Origin: an uncultured Bacillota bacterium
GTDB lineage: Bacteria > Bacillota > Dehalobacteriia > UBA4068 > UBA4997
DNA length: 64,000 nucleotides
Direction: 5' to 3'
NCBI GenBank assembly: GCA_948907985.1
Contig: CAQWMM010000004.1
Location: 319 to 64,318, forward strand
How positions within the stretch are numbered: position 1 is the stretch's first letter; every line of letters begins with the position of its first letter. Below the pieces are notes generated by a model. That model did not search any database. It saw only the letters and a program-made list of their open reading frames with translations, and was not told the origin of the DNA. A program made the translations under genes and the position numbers. Shown here piece by piece: positions 49,823-59,094 of this stretch.

Positions 49823-50761
49823 ATGAATAAACAGGAAGTAATTAACCGTCTGCATGAAACCAGTCAGGCTCTGGAACAGCTGGCTCAGCATTTAAGCGAG
49901 CTGGAACCAGCGCAGGCGGAAACCGAAACCAGCCCGACAGCGGATATAACAGCTGCGGCAGACACAACAGACATAACAGACGCAACAGATACTTCGGATG
50001 CGACAGAAGATGAAGAAGACCCCGCCCCCCCGGCCGAATTTATATCGCACGCGGAAACCAATTCAGAAATAGCCGATTTAATTATCGAAACCACTTTTGA
50101 GCCTATCGACGATGAACCGGCAAAAAAAAATGACGATTCAACCAATTCTTCGGTCAAAAGCGCTAACGCCCCCTTCAATTTTTCAGCAAACGGTTCAAAT
50201 AATAACCCATTTGCTAAAATTATCAACAATCTGTTGAGCAAACCAATTCCCAATGCCAACAATCTGGGCGCTTTTAATCCTCTGCAAATGTTAACCGGCG
50301 GACTTGGCGGTTTGCCCGGAGGGCTATCAGGTTTGCCCGGAGGGCTATCAAATTTGCCCGGCTTAAACGGTCAATCCCTGCCCGCCACTCTGGCCGAACT
50401 GCATGATAACCCTCAACTTTTAGGTATGATTAAAAATGTCAGCAACAATCCACAAATGCTTAATATGCTCTCTGCCCTGACCGGACAGGACAGTCAAACC
50501 CTCCAACAAACCCTGCAAAGCTTACAGCCCAAACCTGACAACATCACTGCACAACCAAACAGTCAACCCGGCGTTCAATCAGACGTTCAGCCAACAATTC
50601 AAGCTGCCGCCAGACAGGCCGCTATACCGCAAACTGAATTTACTCCCTTAAATATTGCCAATTCTGCTGACGCCGCCGGTAGTCTGCCTTCCACTCCCTA
50701 CCTTGATTCTCTGCTGGCCGAATGGCATTGGCAGCCCTACGCCCGCGCCTGGAATTTTTAA
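49823..50761 (+). CDS. hypothetical acidic low-complexity protein with GGLPGGLSGLPGGLSNLPGLNG repeats
   Basis: Start at MNKQEVINRLHE with RBS AAGGAGG. The central region is Asp/Thr-rich (TADITAAADTTDITDATDTSDATEDEED). The listed ORF start at 49601 overlaps the preceding gene and is probably wrong. Confidence 0.55.
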   Translation: MNKQEVINRLHETSQALEQLAQHLSELEPAQAETETSPTADITAAADTTDITDATDTSDATEDEEDPAPPAEFISHAETNSEIADLIIETTFEPIDDEPAKKNDDSTNSSVKSANAPFNFSANGSNNNPFAKIINNLLSKPIPNANNLGAFNPLQMLTGGLGGLPGGLSGLPGGLSNLPGLNGQSLPATLAELHDNPQLLGMIKNVSNNPQMLNMLSALTGQDSQTLQQTLQSLQPKPDNITAQPNSQPGVQSDVQPTIQAAARQAAIPQTEFTPLNIANSADAAGSLPSTPYLDSLLAEWHWQPYARAWNF

Positions 50762-50847
50762 GATATTGACAAACTATGTTAGGTAATGCTGTTATGTAGG
50801 GATATTCTATATAGAATAAAAAGTGCCTCTAAAAACATACTTTAAAC

Positions 50848-50906
50848 CTGGCTCCCCCCTCTGGGGGAGCTGGCTATTTGCGTTAGCAAATAGACTGAGG
50901 GGGCGC
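50848..50906. repeat. MITE-like element copy D (short deletion derivative)
   Basis: Contains gctcccccctctgggggagc and ctatttgcgttagcaaatag, and ends with gacTGAGGGGGCg, which resembles the right TIR. Confidence 0.4.
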
Positions 50907-50947
50907 TTACTTCCCCTTTTAGGGAAATTAAAATATTTTTTTGATTT

Positions 50948-51757
50948 TTATTTATTTTCAGCAGCTAACTTAAAATAGGCTTTAAATTTATCCTCCGGCA
51001 TACCAAAAACCGGAATTTCCGAGCAGATCTGCCTGTTTTCGTCGTCCGGTTGATTAAGCCCGTCCTGCCGCAAACGATAACGCAGATTTTGCGCCGTTCC
51101 CAGATTACCGTCATAAAGTCTAAGCCCGGGAAACATCTGCTTTAACAAACCACGCAGAAAAATATAATGCGTACAACCCAAAACCAAAGCGTCGTCTTTA
51201 TCCGATGATAAAACCGCCTCCAGCTTATTCCGCAAATAATCGCAAATAACGTCAGTTTTTTTATTAATCAACTCATTTTCAATCAGCTGTACTAATCCCG
51301 GGCAAGGCAAAATTTTAATTTCCGCCAAAGCAGAATCTGCCGCTAAAAGCCGGCGCAGTTTTTCTCCCCTGGTGGTTACATCCGTAGCCAGAGCGACAAT
51401 TTTCTTTTCGCCGTTTTTCACAGCCAAATGTACCGCCGGTTCCATACCCAAAATCGGCAAATCCGGATTTTCCGCCCGCAAAGCCGCCGCCGCGGCGCTG
51501 GTAGCAGTATTACAGGCAATCACCATTGCTTTAACGCCGCGTTTTTTAAAAAAAGCCGTAACAGCCCGCGCCCGCTGCAAAATAAATTCCTGGCTACGTT
51601 CCCCATAAGGAGCGTTTGCCAAATCGCCAAAATAAACAAAACGCTCGGCCGGCAGCAAATTCTGCGCCAAGGGCAAAAAACTAATACCCCCCACCCCAGA
51701 ATCATAAACGCCAATCTCCGCCTGTTTAAGGCCCGTCTTATCTAAACAATTCTCCAT
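50948..51757 (-). CDS. murI: glutamate racemase
   Basis: 269 aa. GVYDSGVGGISFL...CNTATSAA are the conserved racemase motifs. Confidence 0.85.
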   Translation of the reverse strand: MENCLDKTGLKQAEIGVYDSGVGGISFLPLAQNLLPAERFVYFGDLANAPYGERSQEFILQRARAVTAFFKKRGVKAMVIACNTATSAAAAALRAENPDLPILGMEPAVHLAVKNGEKKIVALATDVTTRGEKLRRLLAADSALAEIKILPCPGLVQLIENELINKKTDVICDYLRNKLEAVLSSDKDDALVLGCTHYIFLRGLLKQMFPGLRLYDGNLGTAQNLRYRLRQDGLNQPDDENRQICSEIPVFGMPEDKFKAYFKLAAENK

Positions 51758-52901
51758 TTTTTACCTCAATCAGCTGATAATCTTCTTCAGACAGCTTTTT
51801 CAGCTCACCGGCTATTTCCGTAGCCGTAATAAAAATTTGCGCCTTGTCCAACATCAGCCGCAGCAAAGCCTGACGGCGGTTTTTATCCAATTCAGAAAAA
51901 ACGTCGTCCAACAGCAGCAGCGGATAATAGCCGGAAAGCTGATAAACCAGCTCCAACTCCGATAATTTCAAGGCCAAAGCCGCCGTACGCTGCTGCCCCT
52001 GCGAGGCATAATAACGCCCCTCGTTATCATTAATATAAATGCGAAAATCATCACGGTGCGGCCCCAACAGTGTTGTCCGCCGCCTTTGATCCTCCGCCCT
52101 TCCGTCGGCGTAAGCCTGGCGCAGGCTGGCGCTTAATTCCGCCGGCGATAAAGCGGCAATTTTTTCTTCCGGCCAAACCGATAAATATTGCAGGCGTAAA
52201 CATTCCTGTTCATTTGTCAGTTCCGCTTGAATTTTCCGCCCGGTCTGATTTAACAAAGTCAAAAGCTGCAAACGCCGCTGCATAATCACCGCGCCGTTTT
52301 CGGCCAGCTGCTCCTCCCAAACCGCCAGTTGTTCGTCTGCCTGCTGTTTATTTTTAGGCGGCCTAAAATCCAGCTGTTTCAGCAAATTATTGCGCTGCTG
52401 TAAAGCCCGGCGATAATTATTCAAATAAAGATAATAGCCCTTGTATAACTGAACCATTTCCCGGTCCAGAAACTTCCGGCGCACCTCCGGAGCTGATTTA
52501 ACCAGCTGCAAATCTTCCGGCGTAAAAACCACCGTATGCAGCAGGCCGGCAATTTCACTAATCCGGCGGCAGGGCTTTTCATCACGTTTCCACAGCCGGC
52601 GATTATGCGTCCCTTTCGTTTTAACCGCTTCCGAACCGACGGAAAGCAAATGCACGCCGTCTTTATTACTATATTCCGCCCGCAGATAAAAAAACTCCTC
52701 GCCCTGGCGGCGCAGCTTATCGTCCCCCTGCTCCCGAAAGGACGAACCCAGGCTTAAATAAGCGATTGCCTCCAGCAAATTAGTTTTCCCTTGAGCGTTA
52801 TCGCCCAAAATTAAATTCAGGCGCGAATTAAAACTGACTTCCGTATCCCGATAATTGCGAAAATTGCGCAGCACCAGCGTATTTAAATGCAAACCAGCCA
52901 T
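51738..52901 (-). CDS. recF: DNA replication and repair protein RecF
   Basis: 387 aa. The Walker A motif is GDNAQGKTNLLEAI. The signature motif is near the C-terminus. Confidence 0.9.
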   Translation of the reverse strand: MAGLHLNTLVLRNFRNYRDTEVSFNSRLNLILGDNAQGKTNLLEAIAYLSLGSSFREQGDDKLRRQGEEFFYLRAEYSNKDGVHLLSVGSEAVKTKGTHNRRLWKRDEKPCRRISEIAGLLHTVVFTPEDLQLVKSAPEVRRKFLDREMVQLYKGYYLYLNNYRRALQQRNNLLKQLDFRPPKNKQQADEQLAVWEEQLAENGAVIMQRRLQLLTLLNQTGRKIQAELTNEQECLRLQYLSVWPEEKIAALSPAELSASLRQAYADGRAEDQRRRTTLLGPHRDDFRIYINDNEGRYYASQGQQRTAALALKLSELELVYQLSGYYPLLLLDDVFSELDKNRRQALLRLMLDKAQIFITATEIAGELKKLSEEDYQLIEVKNGELFR

Positions 52902-52902
52902 T

Positions 52903-53118
52903 TTAGTCCGCCAAAATCAGCTTAAACTGCCGCTGCTCCACCTCGATAATATCGTTCGGCTGCAATTTATGTCCGGCCTCCAAACAAGGGCTGCCGTTCA
53001 CGCCAACCAGGCCGGCATGAATAATTTCCTTAGCCTGGCCGCCGGTCAGGCTAACCCCTGACCATTTTAAAAACTGCGCTAAAGTAATCGGCAAACTTTT
53101 TACTTCAATATCTTGCAT
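52903..53118 (-). CDS. yaaA: S4-domain RNA-binding protein YaaA
   Basis: Start at MQDIEVKS with RBS GGAGAAAAAT. It lies between dnaN and recF, as in Bacillus. Confidence 0.7.
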   Translation of the reverse strand: MQDIEVKSLPITLAQFLKWSGVSLTGGQAKEIIHAGLVGVNGSPCLEAGHKLQPNDIIEVEQRQFKLILAD

Positions 53119-53156
53119 ATTTTTCTCCAAACCGAAATTCTCCAACAAGCGCTTTA

Positions 53157-53206
53157 AACTGCGCTAAAGTAATCGGCAAACTTTTTACTTCAATATTTTG
53201 CATAAA
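53157..53206. repeat. tandem duplicate of the first ~48 nt of yaaA, creating an upstream 30-codon ORF
   Basis: aaactgcgctaaagtaatcggcaaactttttacttcaatat.ttgcata occurs at 53072-53121 and again at 53157-53206. The second copy has its own RBS (GAGGT) and an ATG. Confidence 0.5.
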
Positions 53207-53221
53207 AAACCTCAATCAGCT

Positions 53222-54334
53222 TTAGTTAGCTAAACGCAGCGGCAGAATAATATAAGTAAAGCTTTCATTATCTTCCTCCGCCATCACGCCCGGCGTTAAA
53301 TTGCCGGATAACTTCATATAAATATTTTCGCTGTTGCTGACTTTCAAAAAGTCCAGAATATATTTCAAATTATAGCCTACCAATAATTCTTCTCCCTGAA
53401 AATCGGCCGGGATAACCTCGCGGATATTGCCAATATCGGTAGTATTAGCGGTTATCACAATCTGGCCGTCGGCAAATTCCAGGCGCACCGTATTATTAGC
53501 GTCTTTGCTAAGCAGACTGGCGCGCTTTAAGGCGCTGCCCAAAAGCTGCTTATTAACAAAGGCCTGATGTTTAAAACTTTCCTCCTTAGGAATAATCGGC
53601 CGATAATCCGGAAACTGCCCGGAAATCAAACGGGAAACAAAAATTGTCGCTCCCAGCTTAAAACAGGCGTTGTTATGGCTGATGCTGACTTCCACCTGCT
53701 CTTCAGCGTCGGCCAGGTTAGCCACGTCCAGCATTGTTTTAGCCGGTACGATAACCTGAATTTTATCCTCGCTTTGGGTTTGCCAAATTCCCTTGGTTAA
53801 AGTCAGACGGTGAAAATCGGTCGCCACCATATTCAAATTTTTTCCCTCAATATCCAACATAACACCGGTTAAAATCGGCTGAATTTCATCGTTAGCCGAG
53901 GCAATCGCCGTCTGTTTAACCATACGGGCAAAAACTTCGCCTTTAATGCTGGCCTGCAAATCGCCGGTCAGGCTGGGCAGCTGCGGGAACTGTTCGCTTT
54001 CAAAACCGCGCATATTAATAGAAGAAGAGCCATAATTAATATTAATATCACAATCGTTGATAAGACTTAGATTAATATTATTATCCGGCAGTTGTCTAAC
54101 CAGATCAATAAAACGTTTGCCGTCGGCAATCACCATTTGGCCGGGCTGCACAACGTCAGCCGACATATTGCATTGAATGGCAATATCCAAATCTGTAGCG
54201 CGCAGGGTTAAATAATTTTCTTCAGCAATCAGTAATATACCGTTCAAAATCGGCATAGTGTTTTTAGAAGAAATAGCTTTGCCGATGATCTGAACGGCAT
54301 AAAGCAAATCTTCTTTTTGACAGTTAATATTCAT
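53222..54334 (-). CDS. dnaN: DNA polymerase III beta sliding clamp
   Basis: 370 aa. The N-terminus MNINCQKEDLLYAVQIIGKAISSKNTMPILNGILL is canonical for DnaN. Confidence 0.9.
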   Translation of the reverse strand: MNINCQKEDLLYAVQIIGKAISSKNTMPILNGILLIAEENYLTLRATDLDIAIQCNMSADVVQPGQMVIADGKRFIDLVRQLPDNNINLSLINDCDININYGSSSINMRGFESEQFPQLPSLTGDLQASIKGEVFARMVKQTAIASANDEIQPILTGVMLDIEGKNLNMVATDFHRLTLTKGIWQTQSEDKIQVIVPAKTMLDVANLADAEEQVEVSISHNNACFKLGATIFVSRLISGQFPDYRPIIPKEESFKHQAFVNKQLLGSALKRASLLSKDANNTVRLEFADGQIVITANTTDIGNIREVIPADFQGEELLVGYNLKYILDFLKVSNSENIYMKLSGNLTPGVMAEEDNESFTYIILPLRLAN

Positions 54335-54832
54335 AAATCAGTAATACTCCCTTCCTGGTCAGCATATTAATAAGCAAACAGTTTTTATAAATTCTTATCA
54401 TCATTATTATCATTTAAACGGTGGTAGTAGTAATAGGCGGTGTTTATTTTGTGGAAAACTTTTTTCAGCTTTGATTTTTAGGGGGTTTGTTTAAATTTTA
54501 GTCCTGGGAAAACCTATGGGATTTTTGTTGGAAAATACTGTGCATAATTTCCGTTATACACCGCCGCGCCCATTTTTTAACTTTTTGCCAACAGGCGATG
54601 TGTAAAAAGTTTTCCCAAATTCTGTATAATCCGGTGGAAAACTTTTTTTGTGTTCAACTATTATACTATAAATAACTGATTTTCACAATAGCTTTTTAAA
54701 ACTCTTTTTCACTAATCCACAATTAATCACAACAGCGCGCTGTTATTCAGCATAAAAAAAATCCTACCGTTTTTTCAGGTAAGATTTTTTTTATGCGAAG
54801 TAATATTTTTATTAACATTTTATTTACATATT
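54335..54832. promoter_or_regulatory. oriC region part 2 (dnaA-dnaN intergenic): DnaA-box-like sites and AT-rich unwinding-type sequence
   Basis: ttgtggaaaac, ccggtggaaaac and taatccaca are DnaA-box variants. A long A/T stretch (aaaaaaaatcctaccgttttttcaggtaagatttttttt) is a candidate unwinding element. Confidence 0.5.
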
Positions 54833-56182
54833 TTAAGAACGGTTAATAATTGTGGTTAGTTCCTGAATAGATTTTTGCAGGCCAACGTCCACTTTCAGAT
54901 TGTTAGTAATTTTTTTAGTACCGTTTAATACAGTGGTATGGTCGCGTTTGCCGAAATGTTCGCCGATTTCGTTCAGGCTCATATGCAGCAGCGTCTGACA
55001 TAGATACATTGCGATGTGGCGGGGTTTGGTGATGCTCTGGTCGCGCCGGGGAGAGGCCAGGTCGCCGCTTTGCAGATTAAAATAACTGGCTACGCAGTCC
55101 TTAATCAAATCAGGCGAAAGGGCCTGTTTTTGTTTGTTTGGCAGAATATCGTCCATAACCGTTTCGGTCAGGCTCAAATTTATAATAGAAGAATTATTGA
55201 CCAGGGCATAATATTTAACTCGATTAAGGGCGCCTTCCAGTTCACGGATATTAGACGGAATATTGGTAGCTATGTAAGCCAGAGAATCGTTGGTGATTTT
55301 CAGATTTTCAATCGAGGCCTTATATTGCAGAATAGCAATGCGGGTTTCTAAATCCGGCGGCTGAATATCGGTAATCAGACCGCCCTCAAAGCGTGAACGC
55401 AGACGTTCTTCCAGCGTAGCAATATCTTTGGGATGGCGGTCGGAGCTGATAACGATTTGTTTGCCCTGTTCATAAAGAGCGTTAAAGGTATGGAAAAATT
55501 CTACCTGCGTTTCTTCCTTGCCGGCCAAAAACTGAATATCGTCGACCAGAAAAATGTCGGCGGTGCGGTAACGGTTTTTGAATTTGTGAGCGGAACCTTG
55601 CCGTACCGAAGAAATAAATTCGTTAGTAAAGGTTTCGGTAGAAATATATAAAATATTGGTGTTGGGGCGTAAGTTTAACACCCGATGGCCGATGGCGTGC
55701 ATTAAATGGGTTTTGCCAAGGCCGGAGCCGCCGTATAAGAAAAGCGGATTATAATTTTTGGCCGGCCGGTCGGCCACCGCTAAGGCCGCGGCGTGAGCAA
55801 AACGGTTGCTGCTGCCTACTACAAAACTTTCAAAAGTATAACGTGGGTTAAAATTAAAACGATTAGGATTATTATTAAAATTTTCCTGTTGAAAAGGAGC
55901 TTGGTTCTGTTCAGTTTCAGTATTAAAATTCTGATTTTCATTTTTAATAAAAACAATATCCAGATTTTCGTCGGCCACCTTGATTGCGCTTTCCTGCAAA
56001 ATCTGTACATAATGCTTTTCCATCCATTCGGCCTGGCCGTCGGAATGAACTTTTATATAAAGGGTAGACTGCCGCTTATCTACATCAATAATATTATCAA
56101 ACCAACGCCGGATGGTTTCCTGACTTAGGTGTTGTTTTAAGTCCGACATAATCTGCGGCCATAATTCATACTTCATACTCAA
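54833..56182 (-). CDS. dnaA: chromosomal replication initiator DnaA
   Basis: 449 aa. The AAA+ Walker A motif is GGSGLGKTHL. The C-terminal HTH is present. Confidence 0.95.
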   Translation of the reverse strand: MSMKYELWPQIMSDLKQHLSQETIRRWFDNIIDVDKRQSTLYIKVHSDGQAEWMEKHYVQILQESAIKVADENLDIVFIKNENQNFNTETEQNQAPFQQENFNNNPNRFNFNPRYTFESFVVGSSNRFAHAAALAVADRPAKNYNPLFLYGGSGLGKTHLMHAIGHRVLNLRPNTNILYISTETFTNEFISSVRQGSAHKFKNRYRTADIFLVDDIQFLAGKEETQVEFFHTFNALYEQGKQIVISSDRHPKDIATLEERLRSRFEGGLITDIQPPDLETRIAILQYKASIENLKITNDSLAYIATNIPSNIRELEGALNRVKYYALVNNSSIINLSLTETVMDDILPNKQKQALSPDLIKDCVASYFNLQSGDLASPRRDQSITKPRHIAMYLCQTLLHMSLNEIGEHFGKRDHTTVLNGTKKITNNLKVDVGLQKSIQELTTIINRS

Positions 56183-56537
56183 AATCTCCTCAATATAACA
56201 GAGCTGATTAAATTCTATACAAATAACTTATCAACATAAAAATGGGGATAAAAACCGATATGTCTAACAAATTACTCAAAAAAATTTATCGCTTATCTAT
56301 AATACCAAATTTTTTCCACTTTTACAAGGTATTTTTTGTGGAAAAGTATGGAGTTTTTTAAACAACTTGAAAAAAAATTTTTTGTCTGCTGTTTTGTCAG
56401 CTTTTTAGCAAATATTTTAATAATAAGTGCTTGACAAAAGCGGCCGTTTTGTATATGATATAATTTGGCTGTTATTTTGAAATTTTTACATTAAACAGCG
56501 CTGGTCTATGGACTAAATTAGAATGGAGGTATAAATA
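56183..56537. promoter_or_regulatory. oriC region part 1 (rpmH-dnaA divergent intergenic) with DnaA-box-like sites
   Basis: ttttccact, tgtggaaaa and ttatcaaca are box variants. There are divergent promoters (TTGACA...TATGATATAAT for rpmH). Confidence 0.5.
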
Positions 56538-56672
56538 ATGAAAAGAACTTATCAACCTAAAAGACGCGTACACAAAAGAGTGCATGGTTTTATGGCTCGT
56601 ATGAGCAGCAAAAACGGCCGTAAAGTTTTAAGCCGCCGCCGGGCTAAAGGGCGCAAATTGCTTTCTGCCTAA
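56538..56672 (+). CDS. rpmH: 50S ribosomal protein L34
   Basis: 44 aa: [44 protein letters not shown]. Absent from the ORF track because it is shorter than 60 aa. Confidence 0.9.
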   Translation: MKRTYQPKRRVHKRVHGFMARMSSKNGRKVLSRRRAKGRKLLSA

Positions 56673-56684
56673 AATTTGTTAAAA

Positions 56685-57122
56685 ATGCTGAAAAAACAGT
56701 ATCGCTTAAAAAGAAGACAGGACTTTCGTCGGGTTTATCAACATGGCAAAACGCTGAAAAACCGGGCTTTTGTGATATGCTATCGCAAGATAGCATATCG
56801 TAAGGCAGCATATCAGAAAACGGCGTATCAGAAAGCAGCAGTTAATAATACGGCTTATCAGAAGAAAAACAAGTGCGCAGAACAGCCGAAAGCGCGCTTG
56901 GGTTTTTCTGTGTCTAAAAAAATCGGCAAAGCAGTAGAGCGTAACCGTGTGCGCCGCAAATTGCGCGAGGCCTGCCGTTTAGAGTTGGCCGCTTTTGCGC
57001 CCGGCTATGATTATGTTCTGATTGCCCGTCAAGGCGCTAAGAATGAAACTGTGGAAGGGCTGCGCCGTTACCTGTTAAAAGCTTTGCAGGAAGTTAATTT
57101 ACGGGAAGTTGAAAAAAAATAA
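56685..57122 (+). CDS. rnpA: RNase P protein component, with an internal AYQK-repeat insertion
   Basis: The RnpA RNR motif is [12 protein letters not shown]. The start is moved to the ATG at 56685. An insertion of about 25 aa, [25 protein letters not shown], arises from tandem 15-nt DNA repeats. Confidence 0.8.
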   Translation: MLKKQYRLKRRQDFRRVYQHGKTLKNRAFVICYRKIAYRKAAYQKTAYQKAAVNNTAYQKKNKCAEQPKARLGFSVSKKIGKAVERNRVRRKLREACRLELAAFAPGYDYVLIARQGAKNETVEGLRRYLLKALQEVNLREVEKK

Positions 57123-57171
57123 CCGTGGTACAGACGAAAAACGAATCCGCGGTTCAAAAAAGGCAGAAAAT

Positions 57172-57381
57172 ATGAGCAGGCTCTTATTAATGTTAATTCG
57201 GTTTTATCGCGCGGCAATATCGCCGCTTTTGGGTGCAAATTGTCGTTTTATTCCCACCTGTTCGGCTTATGCTATGCAGGCCATCGAAAAATACGGTGCA
57301 TGGAAAGGCGGCTGGTTAGCTTTGCGCCGCATTTTGCGTTGCCATCCTTTTTGCAAAGGCGGCTATGATCCGGTTCCCTGA
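57172..57381 (+). CDS. yidD: membrane protein insertion efficiency factor YidD
   Basis: [42 protein letters not shown] is the canonical YidD sequence. Confidence 0.8.
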   Translation: MSRLLLMLIRFYRAAISPLLGANCRFIPTCSAYAMQAIEKYGAWKGGWLALRRILRCHPFCKGGYDPVP

Positions 57382-57485
57382 AAGTGAAAAATCAGAAAGT
57401 AAAACGAGATAATAAATTTTTGTAGAAAAGTATGTTTGCCAAAATAAAAAATGGCAGTTAAAACGAGAGGATATTATTAAAAAAT

Positions 57486-58364
57486 ATGTCATTAGAAGTT
57501 TTTGTAGCTAACTGTTTAGAGGCTATTTTTAATCTGACGCAAACGCTGGGTTTTCCCAGTTACGCCATAGCGATTTTTGTTATTGCTGTTATCATCAGGA
57601 TGATTTTGCTGCCGCTTAACATTAATCAGCTGCGTTCCAGCGTGGCCATGCAACAGATTCAGCCGCAGGTTCAGGAATTGCAGGAGCGCTACGCCGCCAA
57701 TCCGGAGTTAATGAATCAAAAGCTGATGCAGCTGTATCAGGATTATAATATTAATCCGCTTTCCGGCTGCCTGCCAATGTTGATTCAATTCCCGATTATG
57801 ATAGGCCTTTATAACGGGTTAAGGCAGTTTATACCCCTGCACCAGGAATTTTATAAATTTTTATGGATACCGGATCTTGGTCAGACGGATACCACCTATA
57901 TTATGGTAATTTTAGTGGCTGGCAGTACCTTTTTGCAGAGTTATATTATAACCGGCAAACCCACCCAGCCAATGCAAAAATATATGCTTTTTGCCATGCC
58001 CCTGATGATGGGCTGGATGGCGGCTTCTTTTCCGGCCTTTTTGTGTATTTACTGGCTGGGTGTAACCATTGTGGGTATTTTACAACAGCTGATTATTAAC
58101 AAACCAATGCGGGCTAAAATGCAGCAGCGGGCGGAAGAACTGGAAGAAGAAAAACGCCGAAAAAATGAAGAGCGAGCCAACGGCAAATCCAGAGTCAGCC
58201 GCAATCACAACAGAAAAGCCAATAAGGCGGAAAATAGCAGCGGCGAGCCGGCGGTTTCTCTGCAAAAAAATAATAAAGATGATAAGGCGAACGCCGAAAA
58301 GGCTGAAAACGATGATGAAAATACTGCGGAAACGCCTAAAAAGCGCCGGCGCAGACGCCGCTAA
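57486..58364 (+). CDS. yidC: membrane protein insertase YidC/OxaA (short Gram-positive type)
   Basis: 292 aa with 5 TM helices. The C-terminal tail is basic (KKRRRRRR). Confidence 0.85.
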   Translation: MSLEVFVANCLEAIFNLTQTLGFPSYAIAIFVIAVIIRMILLPLNINQLRSSVAMQQIQPQVQELQERYAANPELMNQKLMQLYQDYNINPLSGCLPMLIQFPIMIGLYNGLRQFIPLHQEFYKFLWIPDLGQTDTTYIMVILVAGSTFLQSYIITGKPTQPMQKYMLFAMPLMMGWMAASFPAFLCIYWLGVTIVGILQQLIINKPMRAKMQQRAEELEEEKRRKNEERANGKSRVSRNHNRKANKAENSSGEPAVSLQKNNKDDKANAEKAENDDENTAETPKKRRRRRR

Positions 58365-58400
58365 AATTGTCTGACAAGATATTTGAAAAGAGGATATAAG

Positions 58401-59093
58401 ATGAAGATTATGGAGAAAAAGGTTTTAGAAAAATCTGCAAAAACGGTAGAGGCCGCTATTCAGCTGGCTTTACAGGAAATTGGCCTTAGCCGCGACGAAG
58501 TGGATATTGAGATTGTCGATCCTGGCTCTAAGGGTGTGCTGGGGCTGTTTGGCGGCAAAGATGCGGTTGTTAAGGTCAGTTATAACGACCAGGATCGCGG
58601 GCGGGACGCGATTGCCTTTTTGCAGCCGATTTTTACGATGCTTAAAGTGGAAGAACAACCCAGCTATACCATCGAGTTTAAAGAAGAAGATATGCTTTGG
58701 ATTACATTCTCCGGCCAGGGCCTGGGTTCGGTTATCGGGCGCCGGGGCGAAACCTTGGACGCTTTGCAATATTTAACTAATTTAGTGGTTAACCGTCAGT
58801 TTGAGGAAAAATGCCGTATAGTGCTTGACGTAGAAGGTTATCGGGCCGAGCGCGAAAAAACGCTTACCCATTTAGCCAAAAAAATGGCGGATAAAGCGCG
58901 CCGCAGCGGCCGCGATGTGATGTTGGAGCCAATGAGTCCGCACGAGCGGCGGGTTATCCATATCGCTTTGCAGAACGAGGCTGGCATTAAAACCGTTAGC
59001 GTAGGCGAAGAACCTTACCGTAAGATTATTATTAAATCTCTGCACAGCAACCGCGGCCGTAATCGCAATCGGGAAGAAAGGCCGCAGTTATAA
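58401..59093 (+). CDS. jag: Jag/KhpB RNA-binding protein (KH and R3H domains)
   Basis: Start at MKIMEKKVLEKS with RBS AAGAGGA. The R3H region is HERRVIHIALQNEAGIKTVSVGEEPYRKI. Confidence 0.8.
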   Translation: MKIMEKKVLEKSAKTVEAAIQLALQEIGLSRDEVDIEIVDPGSKGVLGLFGGKDAVVKVSYNDQDRGRDAIAFLQPIFTMLKVEEQPSYTIEFKEEDMLWITFSGQGLGSVIGRRGETLDALQYLTNLVVNRQFEEKCRIVLDVEGYRAEREKTLTHLAKKMADKARRSGRDVMLEPMSPHERRVIHIALQNEAGIKTVSVGEEPYRKIIIKSLHSNRGRNRNREERPQL

Positions 59094-59094
59094 A

